Shown here one piece after another: positions 47,306 through 56,355 of a stretch of 64,000 bases of DNA; the stretch's first letter is position 1, and each line of letters starts with the position of its first letter. Source of the DNA: an uncultured Anaerolineaceae bacterium (GTDB taxonomy: Bacteria > Chloroflexota > Anaerolineae > Anaerolineales > Anaerolineaceae); assembly GCA_964293995.1 (NCBI GenBank), contig CAXYYH010000003.1, positions 5,176 to 69,175 of the forward strand, in the 5' to 3' direction. The translations under genes and the position numbers were made by a program. Below the pieces are notes generated by a model. That model was given only the letters and a program-made list of their open reading frames with translations, did not search any database and had not been told where the DNA came from.

Positions 47306-47421
47306 CCCGCAGGGCAGGTGCTGCTTTAAAGCCTTCTCCGCGGGGAGAAGGTGCCCGCAGGGCAGGTGCTGCTTTAAGCCTTCGCCCATTGGGAGAAGGT
47401 GCCCGTAGGGCGGATGAGGGG
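47306..47421. repeat. 48-bp tandem repeat, about 2.4 copies
   Basis: cccgcagggcaggtgctgctttaa(a)gccttc.cc....gggagaaggtg at 47306-47353 and 47354-47401, with a partial third unit. Each unit contains a ccttctcc/ggagaagg hairpin. Confidence 0.85.
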
Positions 47422-47662
47422 TTGTTGCAGTGGAGGAAAGAGGCCAATTGCTAAACTGTGAATCACTTTGATTTCCTCCATCCACCACTTCGTGGTTCCC
47501 CTTCTCCTAAGCCCTGGAAAAGCACCAGGGCAAGGAGAAGGCTTAAGACTAAGCCTGTGTGATGTGCAAGCTTAGCGCCTGGGGTTACCAGGGTGAAGGG
47601 GTAGTTCACAAAAACAATTAATCAATCCCTGTAAATCTCTGTATAAATCCCTGTAAATTCGC

Positions 47663-47691
47663 TTGACATCTTCATATAGCGTAATTATAGT
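47663..47691 (+). promoter_or_regulatory. Sigma-70-like promoter of the marR-ABC operon with overlapping imperfect palindrome
   Basis: TTGACA, 17 nt, TATAGT. The imperfect palindrome agcgtaattatagttaagcgct overlaps the -10. Direct repeats aatccctgtaaat x2 lie just upstream (47622-47658). Confidence 0.6.
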
Positions 47692-47723
47692 TAAGCGCTC
47701 TTAATAATTTAGGAGGCTTAGCT

Positions 47724-48185
47724 ATGACCGAAGACCTAAACCAAACCGTTCTCCAGCTCGCTGACCTGATGGCACGCACCTCCATCATACAGCGTTTTCG
47801 CTTCATCCAGGAGCATAATCTTTCGCATACCCAGATGATCAGTTTATTCTATCTGGCTTGTCACCAGGAAGTTTCGATCAATCAACTGGCCAGTTATATT
47901 GGGATCACCAATGCAGCCGTGTCGCAACTGATCGAGCGACTGGTGAAGATGAATCTGGTTGAACGCGTCGATAATCCGCAGGACAGGCGAGGAAAATTGC
48001 TTGACCTGACGCCGCAGGGCAGACAGACGATCATAAACGCGCGCGAAGCCCAGCACGAATGGATTTCGGACATTATTTTGAATTTGGAACCTGATGAAGC
48101 CTCCATCGTGCAAAAGAGTATAGAAATAATTCTCAAAAAAGCCCCGGACTTACAAAATCCCCATCCAGGTGAAAAGAATGATTAG
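47724..48185 (+). CDS. MarR family transcriptional regulator
   Basis: Winged-helix segment with RVDNPQDRRGKLLDLTPQG, RBS taggaggcttagctATG. Confidence 0.88.
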   Translation: MTEDLNQTVLQLADLMARTSIIQRFRFIQEHNLSHTQMISLFYLACHQEVSINQLASYIGITNAAVSQLIERLVKMNLVERVDNPQDRRGKLLDLTPQGRQTIINAREAQHEWISDIILNLEPDEASIVQKSIEIILKKAPDLQNPHPGEKND

Positions 48186-50421
48186 ATTAAAAAAATATAT
48201 CCTACCCTATTGGAAAAGCATCCTGTTTGCCATCATCATGGTGGTTGTGGTGGCAGCAGCAGACCTTTCCCTGCCGGATCTGCTTTCCCAGATCATTAAT
48301 ATCGGCATTCAGCAGCGCGGCATCCAAAGCGCCGCGCCAGAGGCGCTCAGCCCGGAAACCATGCAATCGCTCCAGGCCTTGCAATCGTCGGAAGAACACG
48401 CCGCGCTTCTTACTTTTTACGAGCTGGTCGATCCAGGAACTCCCCAGGCCAAAGAAAAACTGACACAAGTCCCCGCTTTGGCCAATGAAGCCGTATACGT
48501 GCTCAAGCCGATCAATGAAGCGCAAAAAGCCGAATTAGAAGACCTGATCGCGAAACCGCTGGTCTTCATTCAGTCCCTGAACATGATCCAGAGCAACCCG
48601 GAGCAGGCAAAAAACATCCTCGGTGAAAACTTCCCCCTGCAAAACCTGACAATCCCTGAAGGCGCCAGATTTGACCAGATCCTGCAGGCCATGCCGGAAG
48701 CTCAACGCGTTAAAATGCTCGATTCAGTCAACCAGCACCTTTCCGCGCTGGAAGGCACCATCCTGCACCAACTGACCATCGGCGCTATCACCGCGGAATA
48801 CGATCGTCTTGGCATTGACACCCAGCAAACCCAAACACGCTATATCCTCAACACTGGCCTGAAGATGGTGGCGGTGGCCGTTATTGCCCTGGTAGCCTCG
48901 CTTACCGTCAGCTTTTTTGCCTCCAGAACAGCCGCTGGCGTTGCCCGCGATGTGCGCTCAGCGATTTTCACCAAAGTGGAAAACTTCTCCCAGGCTGAAT
49001 TTGAAAAATTTTCAACCGCGACCCTGATCACCCGAACGACCAATGATGTTACCCAGATACAAATGGTCGTTTTCATGATCATTCGGATGTTTATCCAGGC
49101 GCCTCTGATCGGTACCCTTGGCATCATTTATGCCCTCGAAAAAAGCCCCAGCATGTGGTGGACCATCGCTCTCGTAGTGATCCTGCTTTTGATCATCATC
49201 GTCACAATTTTCACTTTGGTATTGCCAAAATTCAAGATCATTCAGGAGCTGGTCGACCGCCTCAACCTGGTCATGCGCGAGAATTTATCCGGCATGTTGG
49301 TCGTGCACGCTTTCAACAAACAGCCGTTCGAAGAAAAACGCTTTGACAAAGCCAATCTGGATGTGACCGGCAATCAGATCTTCATTGGTCGGGCAATGGC
49401 ATTCACCTTTCCGCTGATGAACATCGTCATGCTTGGCGGGCAAGTTTTGATTATTTGGATCGGTTCACGCTGGGTCGCCCAAAGCGCGATTCAGGTGGGG
49501 GATCTGATCGCCTTTATGCAATACTCAATGCAAATTTTCTTTTCCTTTATGCAGCTCTCGATGCTGTTCATTTTCATACCCCGCGCGGCTGTTTCGGGTA
49601 GTCGTATCGCGGATGTCCTCGAGACTGAGGTCAGCATCACCGATCCCGCCCAACCCAAAACGCTTGAGACGCCGGTGCGTGGTGTAGTCGAGTTTCATGA
49701 TGTCGATTTTCGTTATCCTGACGCGGAAGAAGACGTATTGCACGACATCACATTTAGAGCTGAACCTGGTCAAACCACTGCGATCATTGGCTCAACAGGC
49801 TCGGGCAAATCGACCATGATCAACCTCCTGCCGCGTTTCTTTGACGTCACCAAAGGCGCGATCACCATCGATGGTGTAGACATCCGCGAGCTGAGCCAGT
49901 TTGATCTGCGTGATCAGATCGCCTACGCACCTCAAAAAGGCTTGCTTTTCTCCGGCAATGTTGAAAGCAACCTGCGAGTCGCCAAACCCAATGCCAGCGA
50001 AGAAGAAATGCGTGAGGCGATCAGCAGCGCACAGGCCGCTGATTTTGTTTTTGACGATGGTGAAGGGCTGGGGATGGAGATCGCCCAGGATGGCAGCAAC
50101 GTCTCCGGTGGTCAAAAACAACGCCTCTCGATTGCTCGCGCCCTGATCAAAAAATCACCGGTCATCATCTTTGACGATACTTTTTCGGCTTTGGATTTCA
50201 AGACCGATGCCGCGCTCCGGCGTGAGCTGGACCAGAAACTCAGTGACAGCACCATTTTGGTCGTCACACAACGCGTTTCGACCGCCAGAAACTCAGACCA
50301 GATCCTCGTTTTGGATAACGGCCGACTGGTCGGAAAAGGCAAACATCAGGAGCTGATGCAAAACTGTCAAACCTATCGGGAAATTGCCAGTTCCCAGCTA
50401 AGTGAGGAGGAGTTGGCATGA
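48169..50421 (+). CDS. ABC exporter permease/ATPase (degenerate-site half of a heterodimer) with large TM1-TM2 insertion
   Basis: Walker A GSTGSGKST and signature VSGGQKQR. Walker B VIIFDD is followed by Asp, not Glu. About 185 aa lie between the first two hydrophobic helices. An alternative ATG is at 48178. Confidence 0.9.
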   Translation: MKRMIRLKKYILPYWKSILFAIIMVVVVAAADLSLPDLLSQIINIGIQQRGIQSAAPEALSPETMQSLQALQSSEEHAALLTFYELVDPGTPQAKEKLTQVPALANEAVYVLKPINEAQKAELEDLIAKPLVFIQSLNMIQSNPEQAKNILGENFPLQNLTIPEGARFDQILQAMPEAQRVKMLDSVNQHLSALEGTILHQLTIGAITAEYDRLGIDTQQTQTRYILNTGLKMVAVAVIALVASLTVSFFASRTAAGVARDVRSAIFTKVENFSQAEFEKFSTATLITRTTNDVTQIQMVVFMIIRMFIQAPLIGTLGIIYALEKSPSMWWTIALVVILLLIIIVTIFTLVLPKFKIIQELVDRLNLVMRENLSGMLVVHAFNKQPFEEKRFDKANLDVTGNQIFIGRAMAFTFPLMNIVMLGGQVLIIWIGSRWVAQSAIQVGDLIAFMQYSMQIFFSFMQLSMLFIFIPRAAVSGSRIADVLETEVSITDPAQPKTLETPVRGVVEFHDVDFRYPDAEEDVLHDITFRAEPGQTTAIIGSTGSGKSTMINLLPRFFDVTKGAITIDGVDIRELSQFDLRDQIAYAPQKGLLFSGNVESNLRVAKPNASEEEMREAISSAQAADFVFDDGEGLGMEIAQDGSNVSGGQKQRLSIARALIKKSPVIIFDDTFSALDFKTDAALRRELDQKLSDSTILVVTQRVSTARNSDQILVLDNGRLVGKGKHQELMQNCQTYREIASSQLSEEELA

Positions 50422-52325
50422 GCATGCAGCAACAAACCCGCCCAGGTAAAACTATGAATAATAATGATCCCAAAAACAAAAACCCTCGACCTGAGCGTCG
50501 TGGCGGCGGTCCTGGCGCCCTGATGCCAGGCGAAAAAGCCAAAAACTTCAAAAACAGCATCTCCCAGCTGATCGCATATATGGGCAAACACAAATGGCCC
50601 ATTTTTATCGCCATCATCGTGGCAATCGCCTCAACCGTCTTTTCGATTTTTGGACCCAGAACGCTCGGCCAGGCTACAACTGAGCTCTACAAAGGCGTTA
50701 TGCGCATCGTTCGGAACGATCCGCTCGGCATTGACTTTGCCACCCTGGACCAAATTCTGTTGAAAGTGATGTTCCTTTATCTGATCTCAACCGTGCTCGA
50801 ACTGCTTCAAGGCTATTTGTTGACCAGTGTTTCAGCCAAAATTACATATCAACTGCGCAAAGAGCTCTCTGAAAAATTAAACCGCCTGCCATTGAGCTTT
50901 TTTGACCGCACCACCCAGGGCGAGGTACTCTCCCGCGTGACTAACGATGTTGATACCATCAACCAGACGCTTAACCAGAGCCTTTCCCAGATCATCAATT
51001 CAGTCACGCGCGTGGTTGGTGTTTTGGTCATGATGCTCAGCATCAATTGGGTCATGACCATAATTGGTGTCGCGATGGTACCCCTTTCGATGATCTTTAT
51101 CCGTATTGTGGTGAGCAAATCGCAGGGCTATTACCGCCAGCAGCAGGAATACCTTGGGCACATTAACGGCCATGTTGAGGAAATGTACGGCGGTCATATC
51201 GTTTTGAAAGCCTTTAATGGCGAAAAAGCCAGCATCGCCCGCTTTGAAGAGCTCAATAACACCTTGTATACAAGCGCCTGGCGCTCGCAGTTCATGACAG
51301 CCATCATCATGCCCACCATGCGCCTGCTGAGCAACCTCGGCTATGTCGCCGTCGCCATGCTGGGCGGTTATCAGGTTATTCAGGGACGGCTGAATGTCGG
51401 TGAAATTCAGGCCTTCATCCAGTACTTGCGTTCCTTCCAGCAGCCGTTGATGAATATTGCCAACATCACCAACATTTTGCAGCAAACCGCGGCTGCTTCT
51501 GAGCGCGTTTTTGAATTTTTGAATGAACCCGAATTCTCAGCCGATGCCTCCACACCGAAAGTGCTTGACAAAGTTGAAGGCAAGGTCGAATTCCGTAACG
51601 TACACTTCGGTTACAACCCGGACGAACCTGTCATTAAAAATTTCTCCTTAACCGTTGAACCAGGGCAGCAAATTGCCATCGTCGGACCAACAGGCGCCGG
51701 CAAAACCACCCTGGTCAAGCTTTTGATGCGTTTTTATGACATTGACAGCGGCGAGATCCTGATCGATGGTGTCAATATCCAAGACCTTACCCGCGAGAAC
51801 CTGCGCAGCAAATTCGCGATGGTTCTGCAGGATACCTGGCTTTTCAACGGCACCATTCGCGAGAACATTCGCTATGGTCGTCAGGATGCCACTGATGAGG
51901 AGGTCGAAAAAGCAGCCGACATGGCTTATGCCGATCACTTTACGCGCACGCTGCCAGGCAGCTACGAGATGGTACTCAACGAAGATGCCACCAATGTATC
52001 AGCAGGGCAGAAACAACTGCTGACGATCGCGCGCGCTGTTTTGGCCGACCCTGCCATTCTAATTCTGGACGAAGCCACCAGCTCTGTCGATACCCGCACC
52101 GAGATCCTGATCCAAAAAGCCATGGACAAGCTGATGAAAGGCAGAACTTCGTTTGTGATCGCTCACCGTCTTTCCACCATCAAAAATGCCGACCGCATTT
52201 TGGTGTTAAAAGATGGTGACATTGTCGAACAAGGCACGCATGAGAGTTTGCTGGAAGCCAACGGCTTCTACGCTGATCTCTACAACAGCCAGTTCCTTGT
52301 GGCAGGAAACGGCACAAACGCATAA
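50418..52325 (+). CDS. ABC exporter permease/ATPase (consensus-site half of heterodimer)
   Basis: ATGA overlap. Walker A GPTGAGKTT, signature VSAGQKQL, Walker B ILILDEATS. Confidence 0.92.
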   Translation: MSMQQQTRPGKTMNNNDPKNKNPRPERRGGGPGALMPGEKAKNFKNSISQLIAYMGKHKWPIFIAIIVAIASTVFSIFGPRTLGQATTELYKGVMRIVRNDPLGIDFATLDQILLKVMFLYLISTVLELLQGYLLTSVSAKITYQLRKELSEKLNRLPLSFFDRTTQGEVLSRVTNDVDTINQTLNQSLSQIINSVTRVVGVLVMMLSINWVMTIIGVAMVPLSMIFIRIVVSKSQGYYRQQQEYLGHINGHVEEMYGGHIVLKAFNGEKASIARFEELNNTLYTSAWRSQFMTAIIMPTMRLLSNLGYVAVAMLGGYQVIQGRLNVGEIQAFIQYLRSFQQPLMNIANITNILQQTAAASERVFEFLNEPEFSADASTPKVLDKVEGKVEFRNVHFGYNPDEPVIKNFSLTVEPGQQIAIVGPTGAGKTTLVKLLMRFYDIDSGEILIDGVNIQDLTRENLRSKFAMVLQDTWLFNGTIRENIRYGRQDATDEEVEKAADMAYADHFTRTLPGSYEMVLNEDATNVSAGQKQLLTIARAVLADPAILILDEATSSVDTRTEILIQKAMDKLMKGRTSFVIAHRLSTIKNADRILVLKDGDIVEQGTHESLLEANGFYADLYNSQFLVAGNGTNA

Positions 52326-52346
52326 AACTCTTTTTTATCTTGATCC

Positions 52347-52378
52347 AAAACGGCAACATCACAGTTGCCGTTTTAATT
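52347..52378 (+). terminator. Rho-independent terminator after ABC operon
   Basis: aaaacggcaac/gttgccgtttt. Confidence 0.85.
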
Positions 52379-52447
52379 TGCTGGCAAGACATGAATTTCC
52401 TGTCAATTCGGGTATAATAACTGATAGTAAATTCCCAAAAGGAGCGA

Positions 52448-53401
52448 ATGATGATCGTTACTACCAAAAAACTCTTTGAACATGCTTACGGAAAATATGC
52501 CATTGGCGCATATAATATCAACAACCTTGAACAAATCGTTGGACTCTTCCGCGGGAATCTGGATTCCCAGGCACCTTTTATTATTCAGATCAGTAAGGGC
52601 GCCCGTTCTTATACCAATAAAGCTTTTCTGGAAGGCCTGATCCGGGCTGCTGATGACGTTTTCCCGGAAGCAATTTTTGCCGTCCATCTGGACCACGGCG
52701 ATGAAGCCACCTGTTATGACTGTATCGATTCCGGTTTTTACAGCTCTGTCATGATCGATGCCAGCAGCGAACCATTTGAAGAAAACATTGCCATTACCAA
52801 ACGCGTGGTGGAGGCTGCCCATGCCAAAGGCATCGTCGTTGAAGCCGAGCTTGGCATGTTGGGCGGCGTTGAAGAACATGTCAAGGTCGATGAGGCCAAT
52901 GCCAAACTGACCGATCCCGACCAGGCTAAAGAGTTCGTTGAACGTACCGGTGTTGACTCGCTGGCGGTTGCCATCGGAACCAGCCACGGCGCTTTCAAAT
53001 TCACCGGCTCTCAGTCCCTGCATTTTGACGTTTTGGCGGAGATCCAAAAGCGTTTGCCTGGTTTCCCGCTGGTGATGCACGGCTCCAGCTCGGTCCCTCA
53101 GGAAGAAGTGGAACGCATCAATGCCGCTGGCGGTAAGCTGGCTGGCGCGAAGGGTGTGGACGCGACCCAATTCCGCCCGGCTGCCAAACTGGGTGTGACC
53201 AAGATCAATATTGACACCGACGGCCGCCTGGTCTGGACGCGCGTTCATCGCGAATTCTTCAATGAATTCCCAGCCAAGTTCGACCTGCGCGACCCCGGTA
53301 AGGTCTTTATGGGCGAATACGCCAAATTTATCGCTGCGAAGAACGAATATCTGGGCAGCGCCGGCCAGTTGCAACAAGTGAGAGAATTCCTGAAGGCATA
53401 A
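52448..53401 (+). CDS. fba: Class II fructose-1,6-bisphosphate aldolase
   Basis: YAIGAYNINN, HLDHG, AIGTSHGAFKF, VMHGSSSVP motifs. Confidence 0.93.
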   Translation: MMIVTTKKLFEHAYGKYAIGAYNINNLEQIVGLFRGNLDSQAPFIIQISKGARSYTNKAFLEGLIRAADDVFPEAIFAVHLDHGDEATCYDCIDSGFYSSVMIDASSEPFEENIAITKRVVEAAHAKGIVVEAELGMLGGVEEHVKVDEANAKLTDPDQAKEFVERTGVDSLAVAIGTSHGAFKFTGSQSLHFDVLAEIQKRLPGFPLVMHGSSSVPQEEVERINAAGGKLAGAKGVDATQFRPAAKLGVTKINIDTDGRLVWTRVHREFFNEFPAKFDLRDPGKVFMGEYAKFIAAKNEYLGSAGQLQQVREFLKA

Positions 53402-53424
53402 GCCTGTCCGTTTTTGAACACCAG

Positions 53425-53457
53425 ATGAGCTTTGCCGAAACGCAAAGCTCATTTTTG
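53425..53457 (+). terminator. Rho-independent terminator after fba
   Basis: atgagctttgc-cgaaac-gcaaagctcat followed by tttt. Confidence 0.85.
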
Positions 53458-53512
53458 AATAGGGAGGTAGTCCCTAAGGTATAATTTTGAAATCCTAACC
53501 AAGGAGCATGTT

Positions 53513-55195
53513 ATGACAGAAGACAGCCCAAAAAAATCAAATTTTATTCGTGACATCATCGACGAACACAATCGCACCGGTCGCTTTGGTGGTCGGGTTC
53601 ACACACGTTTTCCACCTGAGCCGAATGGCTACCTGCACATTGGTCATGCCAAGGCGCTTTGTCTTGATTTTGGCATCGCGGAAGACTACGGTGGTCTGAC
53701 CAATTTGCGCTATGATGACACCAACCCGGTCAAGGAAGACGTGGAATTCGTCGATGCCATCAAAGAAGACATTCATTGGCTGGGCTTCGATTGGGGCGAT
53801 CGGGAATATTATGCCTCTGATTATTTTGAGGCGCTTTATGAAATGGCGATCAAGCTGATCGAAAAGGGCAAGGCTTTTGTTGATGAGTTGAGCTTTGACG
53901 AGATGCGAGACTATCGCGGCACGCTGACTGAGCCTGGAAAGAACAGCCCCTGGCGCGACAGACCGATCGAGGAGAACCTGGATCTGTTCAAGCGAATGCG
54001 GGCTGGTGAATTCCCGGACGGCAGCCTGACGCTGCGCGCCAAAATTGACATGGCTTCGCCAAACCTGAACATGCGCGACCCGGTCATGTATCGCATTTTG
54101 CATGCCCATCACCATCGCACCGGCGATCAGTGGTGCATCTATCCAATGTACGACTTTGCCCACGGCCAGTCTGATTCACTGGAAGGCATCACGCATTCCA
54201 TGTGTTCGCTGGAGTATGAGAACCACAGGCCTTTGTACGACTGGTTCCTGGATGAGCTGGAGATCTTCCATCCGCAGCAGATCGAATTTGCCAGGCTGAA
54301 CCTGACCCATACCGTCATGAGCAAGCGCAAGCTGCGCCGATTGGTCGAGGAAGGCTATGTCAGCGGCTGGACCGATCCGCGCATGCCGACGCTGGCTGCC
54401 ATGCGGCGGCGCGGCTATCCAGCCAAGGCTGTTCGTGATTTTATTGAGATGATAGGCGTTTCAAAGGCAGATAGTTTTGTAGACGTCGAGCTGCTCGAAC
54501 ATGTTGTCCGCGATGAGCTCAACCTGATCGCGCCGCGCAGAATGGCCGTGCTGGAGCCGCTCAAAGTGGTCATTGAGAACTATCCTGAAGGTCAGACCGA
54601 AGCATTTGAGGTGGCGGACTTCCCGCAGGATCCCGAAAAGGGCCATTCCCGCAAAGTGCCTTTTGGCCGCGAGATCTATATCGAACGTGAAGACTTTAAA
54701 GAGACGCCGCCACCCAAATATTTCCGCCTTTCCCCAGGCAGGGAAGTGCGCCTGATAAACGCCTACTATGTCACTTGCACTGATGTAATCAAAAACGAGG
54801 CGGGTGAGGTTGTGGAAGTGCGCGTCAGCTATGACCCGACCACCAAAGGCGGCATGTCGGAAGACGGCCGCAAGGTCAAGGGCACCATCCATTGGGTGGC
54901 CGCTCATTCAGCTGTGGATGCGACTGTGCGCTTGTATGATCAGATGTTTGAGAACGAACGCCCTGAAGACCTGCCCGAAGGCGAGACCTTTGTGGAGAAT
55001 TTCAACAAGGATTCAATCAAAGTTCTGGAAGCCAAACTCGAGCCTTCCCTGGCAGTTGCCAAAGTCGGCGAGCCCTGGCAGTTTGTGCGCAATGGCTACT
55101 TCACCCTCGACAGCGAGGATTGTCAGGACGGGCATTTGGTCTTCAACCGCGCGCTTGGTTTGGTGGACAGCTGGGCAAAGATGGGGAAAGCGTAA
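53513..55195 (+). CDS. glnS: Glutamine--tRNA ligase
   Basis: [13 protein letters not shown] (HIGH) and VMSKR (KMSKS); 560 aa with the GlnRS C-terminal anticodon-binding barrels. Confidence 0.95.
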   Translation: MTEDSPKKSNFIRDIIDEHNRTGRFGGRVHTRFPPEPNGYLHIGHAKALCLDFGIAEDYGGLTNLRYDDTNPVKEDVEFVDAIKEDIHWLGFDWGDREYYASDYFEALYEMAIKLIEKGKAFVDELSFDEMRDYRGTLTEPGKNSPWRDRPIEENLDLFKRMRAGEFPDGSLTLRAKIDMASPNLNMRDPVMYRILHAHHHRTGDQWCIYPMYDFAHGQSDSLEGITHSMCSLEYENHRPLYDWFLDELEIFHPQQIEFARLNLTHTVMSKRKLRRLVEEGYVSGWTDPRMPTLAAMRRRGYPAKAVRDFIEMIGVSKADSFVDVELLEHVVRDELNLIAPRRMAVLEPLKVVIENYPEGQTEAFEVADFPQDPEKGHSRKVPFGREIYIEREDFKETPPPKYFRLSPGREVRLINAYYVTCTDVIKNEAGEVVEVRVSYDPTTKGGMSEDGRKVKGTIHWVAAHSAVDATVRLYDQMFENERPEDLPEGETFVENFNKDSIKVLEAKLEPSLAVAKVGEPWQFVRNGYFTLDSEDCQDGHLVFNRALGLVDSWAKMGKA

Positions 55196-55220
55196 TATTC
55201 CCTGAAAACCAAAAAGAACT

Positions 55221-55292
55221 GACTCGAAAATTGAGAGTTAGTAGATCGTGATTGAAAGATGAACTTTAGGTTCATCTTTCAATCCGACGTCC
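55221..55292 (-). repeat. Family-1 hairpin repeat, copy R4 (reverse) preceded by a truncated half-copy
   Basis: Plus strand: gaCTCGAAAATTGAGAGtta (half copy) then GTAGATCGTGATTGAaagatgaac-ttta-ggttcatcttTCAATCCGACgtcc. Confidence 0.75.
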
Positions 55293-55376
55293 AGTTGTTT
55301 TTGATCAAAGTTAATTACGTTTCTCATAAAAAAGCAACGAATATTTGTATGTCTGGTAAAATAGTGGCTGTAGTAC

Positions 55377-55448
55377 GGGCCTGTAGCTCAATGGCGGAGC
55401 AGGCGGCTCATAACCGCTTGGTTGTTGGTTCGAATCCATCCGGGCCCA
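55377..55448 (+). tRNA. tRNA with CAT anticodon (Met by anticodon; sequence resembles tRNA-Ile2/lysidine type)
   Basis: Manual fold: GGGCCTG-TA-GCTC..GAGC-A-GGCGG-CTCATAA-CCGCT-TGGTT-GTTGG-TTCGAAT-CCATC-CGGGCCC-A. One U-U mismatch in the T stem. A TGgTAAAAT extended -10 lies about 20 nt upstream. Confidence 0.82.
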
Positions 55449-55549
55449 TTTTTCTTTTAACTGTTGTTTCTTAACATCTTGTCCAAAACCTGTAAGAGAC
55501 TATTCGGAAGCAATTTTGTAACTTTCATCATGAGAAAAAATCCACCTCT

Positions 55550-55603
55550 GGAAAGCGCGACATGTCTGGAATGTGCGACATGTCAGGAAAGCGCGAGAGA
55601 GCG
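55550..55603 (+). repeat. 18-bp tandem repeat x3 containing two GACATGTC palindromes
   Basis: ggaaagcgcgacatgtct / ggaatgtgcgacatgtca / ggaaagcgcgagagagcg. Confidence 0.85.
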
Positions 55604-55836
55604 CAGTTGTTTTTGTCTTCGGCAGTGGTCTGTTGTTCATATCCATGGATGGATTGATCCCATCTGTTAACAATCAGGCGATCTTTTTACGGGAAAAATA
55701 ACTATTAATTTCATCAAACCTTAAACAAACGACAAAATAAGGCCTTGCTAATCTTATAATTGGACAAAACACTAACATTTTTCGGGATTTATCAATGGAC
55801 AGATTGGTTAGTGAAATTAGCAGGAGATAGTATCTG

Positions 55837-56319
55837 ATGAGTCAAACAGCGATAGTTGCAGGTGGTTGTTTCTGGGGTATGGAAGCGAAGTACCAGACCC
55901 TGCCTGGCGTGCTGGATACCGAGGTAGGGTATACGGGCGGACATTTGGAAGAGCCGACCTATCGGGATGTATGCCAGGATGATACCGGGCATGTTGAGGC
56001 AGTACGGATCGAGTTTGACCCGGCGCAAATCAGCTATCGTCAGATTTTGGAAGCCTTCTTCACGTTTCATGATGCCACATTGTGCAGAGACAATTGCCGT
56101 TCTCAGAGCTCGCAATATCGTTCGGTGATCTTTCCGTTGAATGAAGATCAGCAGCAAATCGCCGAAAGCGTGCTTTTTAAAGCCAAACAAGAAAACAAGT
56201 CCGAATGCAGGATCGTCACTGCCATTCTTCCTGCCAGTACCTTTTATGAGGCGGAAAAGTATCATCAGGATTATTATAAAAAGCATAACCTGATGATTTC
56301 GGATGAGCTTCGCTGTTAA
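55837..56319 (+). CDS. msrA: Peptide-methionine (S)-S-oxide reductase
   Basis: AGGCFWGMEA active-site motif and GYTGG. Confidence 0.93.
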   Translation: MSQTAIVAGGCFWGMEAKYQTLPGVLDTEVGYTGGHLEEPTYRDVCQDDTGHVEAVRIEFDPAQISYRQILEAFFTFHDATLCRDNCRSQSSQYRSVIFPLNEDQQQIAESVLFKAKQENKSECRIVTAILPASTFYEAEKYHQDYYKKHNLMISDELRC

Positions 56320-56355
56320 TTCATTTTATGTCCTTAAAGCAGTTATAATTTCAAT

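Noticed and set aside
47306-47421. Possible CRISPR array
   Set aside because: The units are directly adjacent with no unique spacers, there are only about 2.4 copies, and no cas genes are in the window.
47226-47488. Minus-strand ORFs 47226-47447 and 47240-47488 with repeated LRAPSP/GEG peptides
   Set aside because: They are translations of the 48-bp tandem DNA repeat. They have no RBS, their composition is driven by the repeat, and they overlap each other in different frames.
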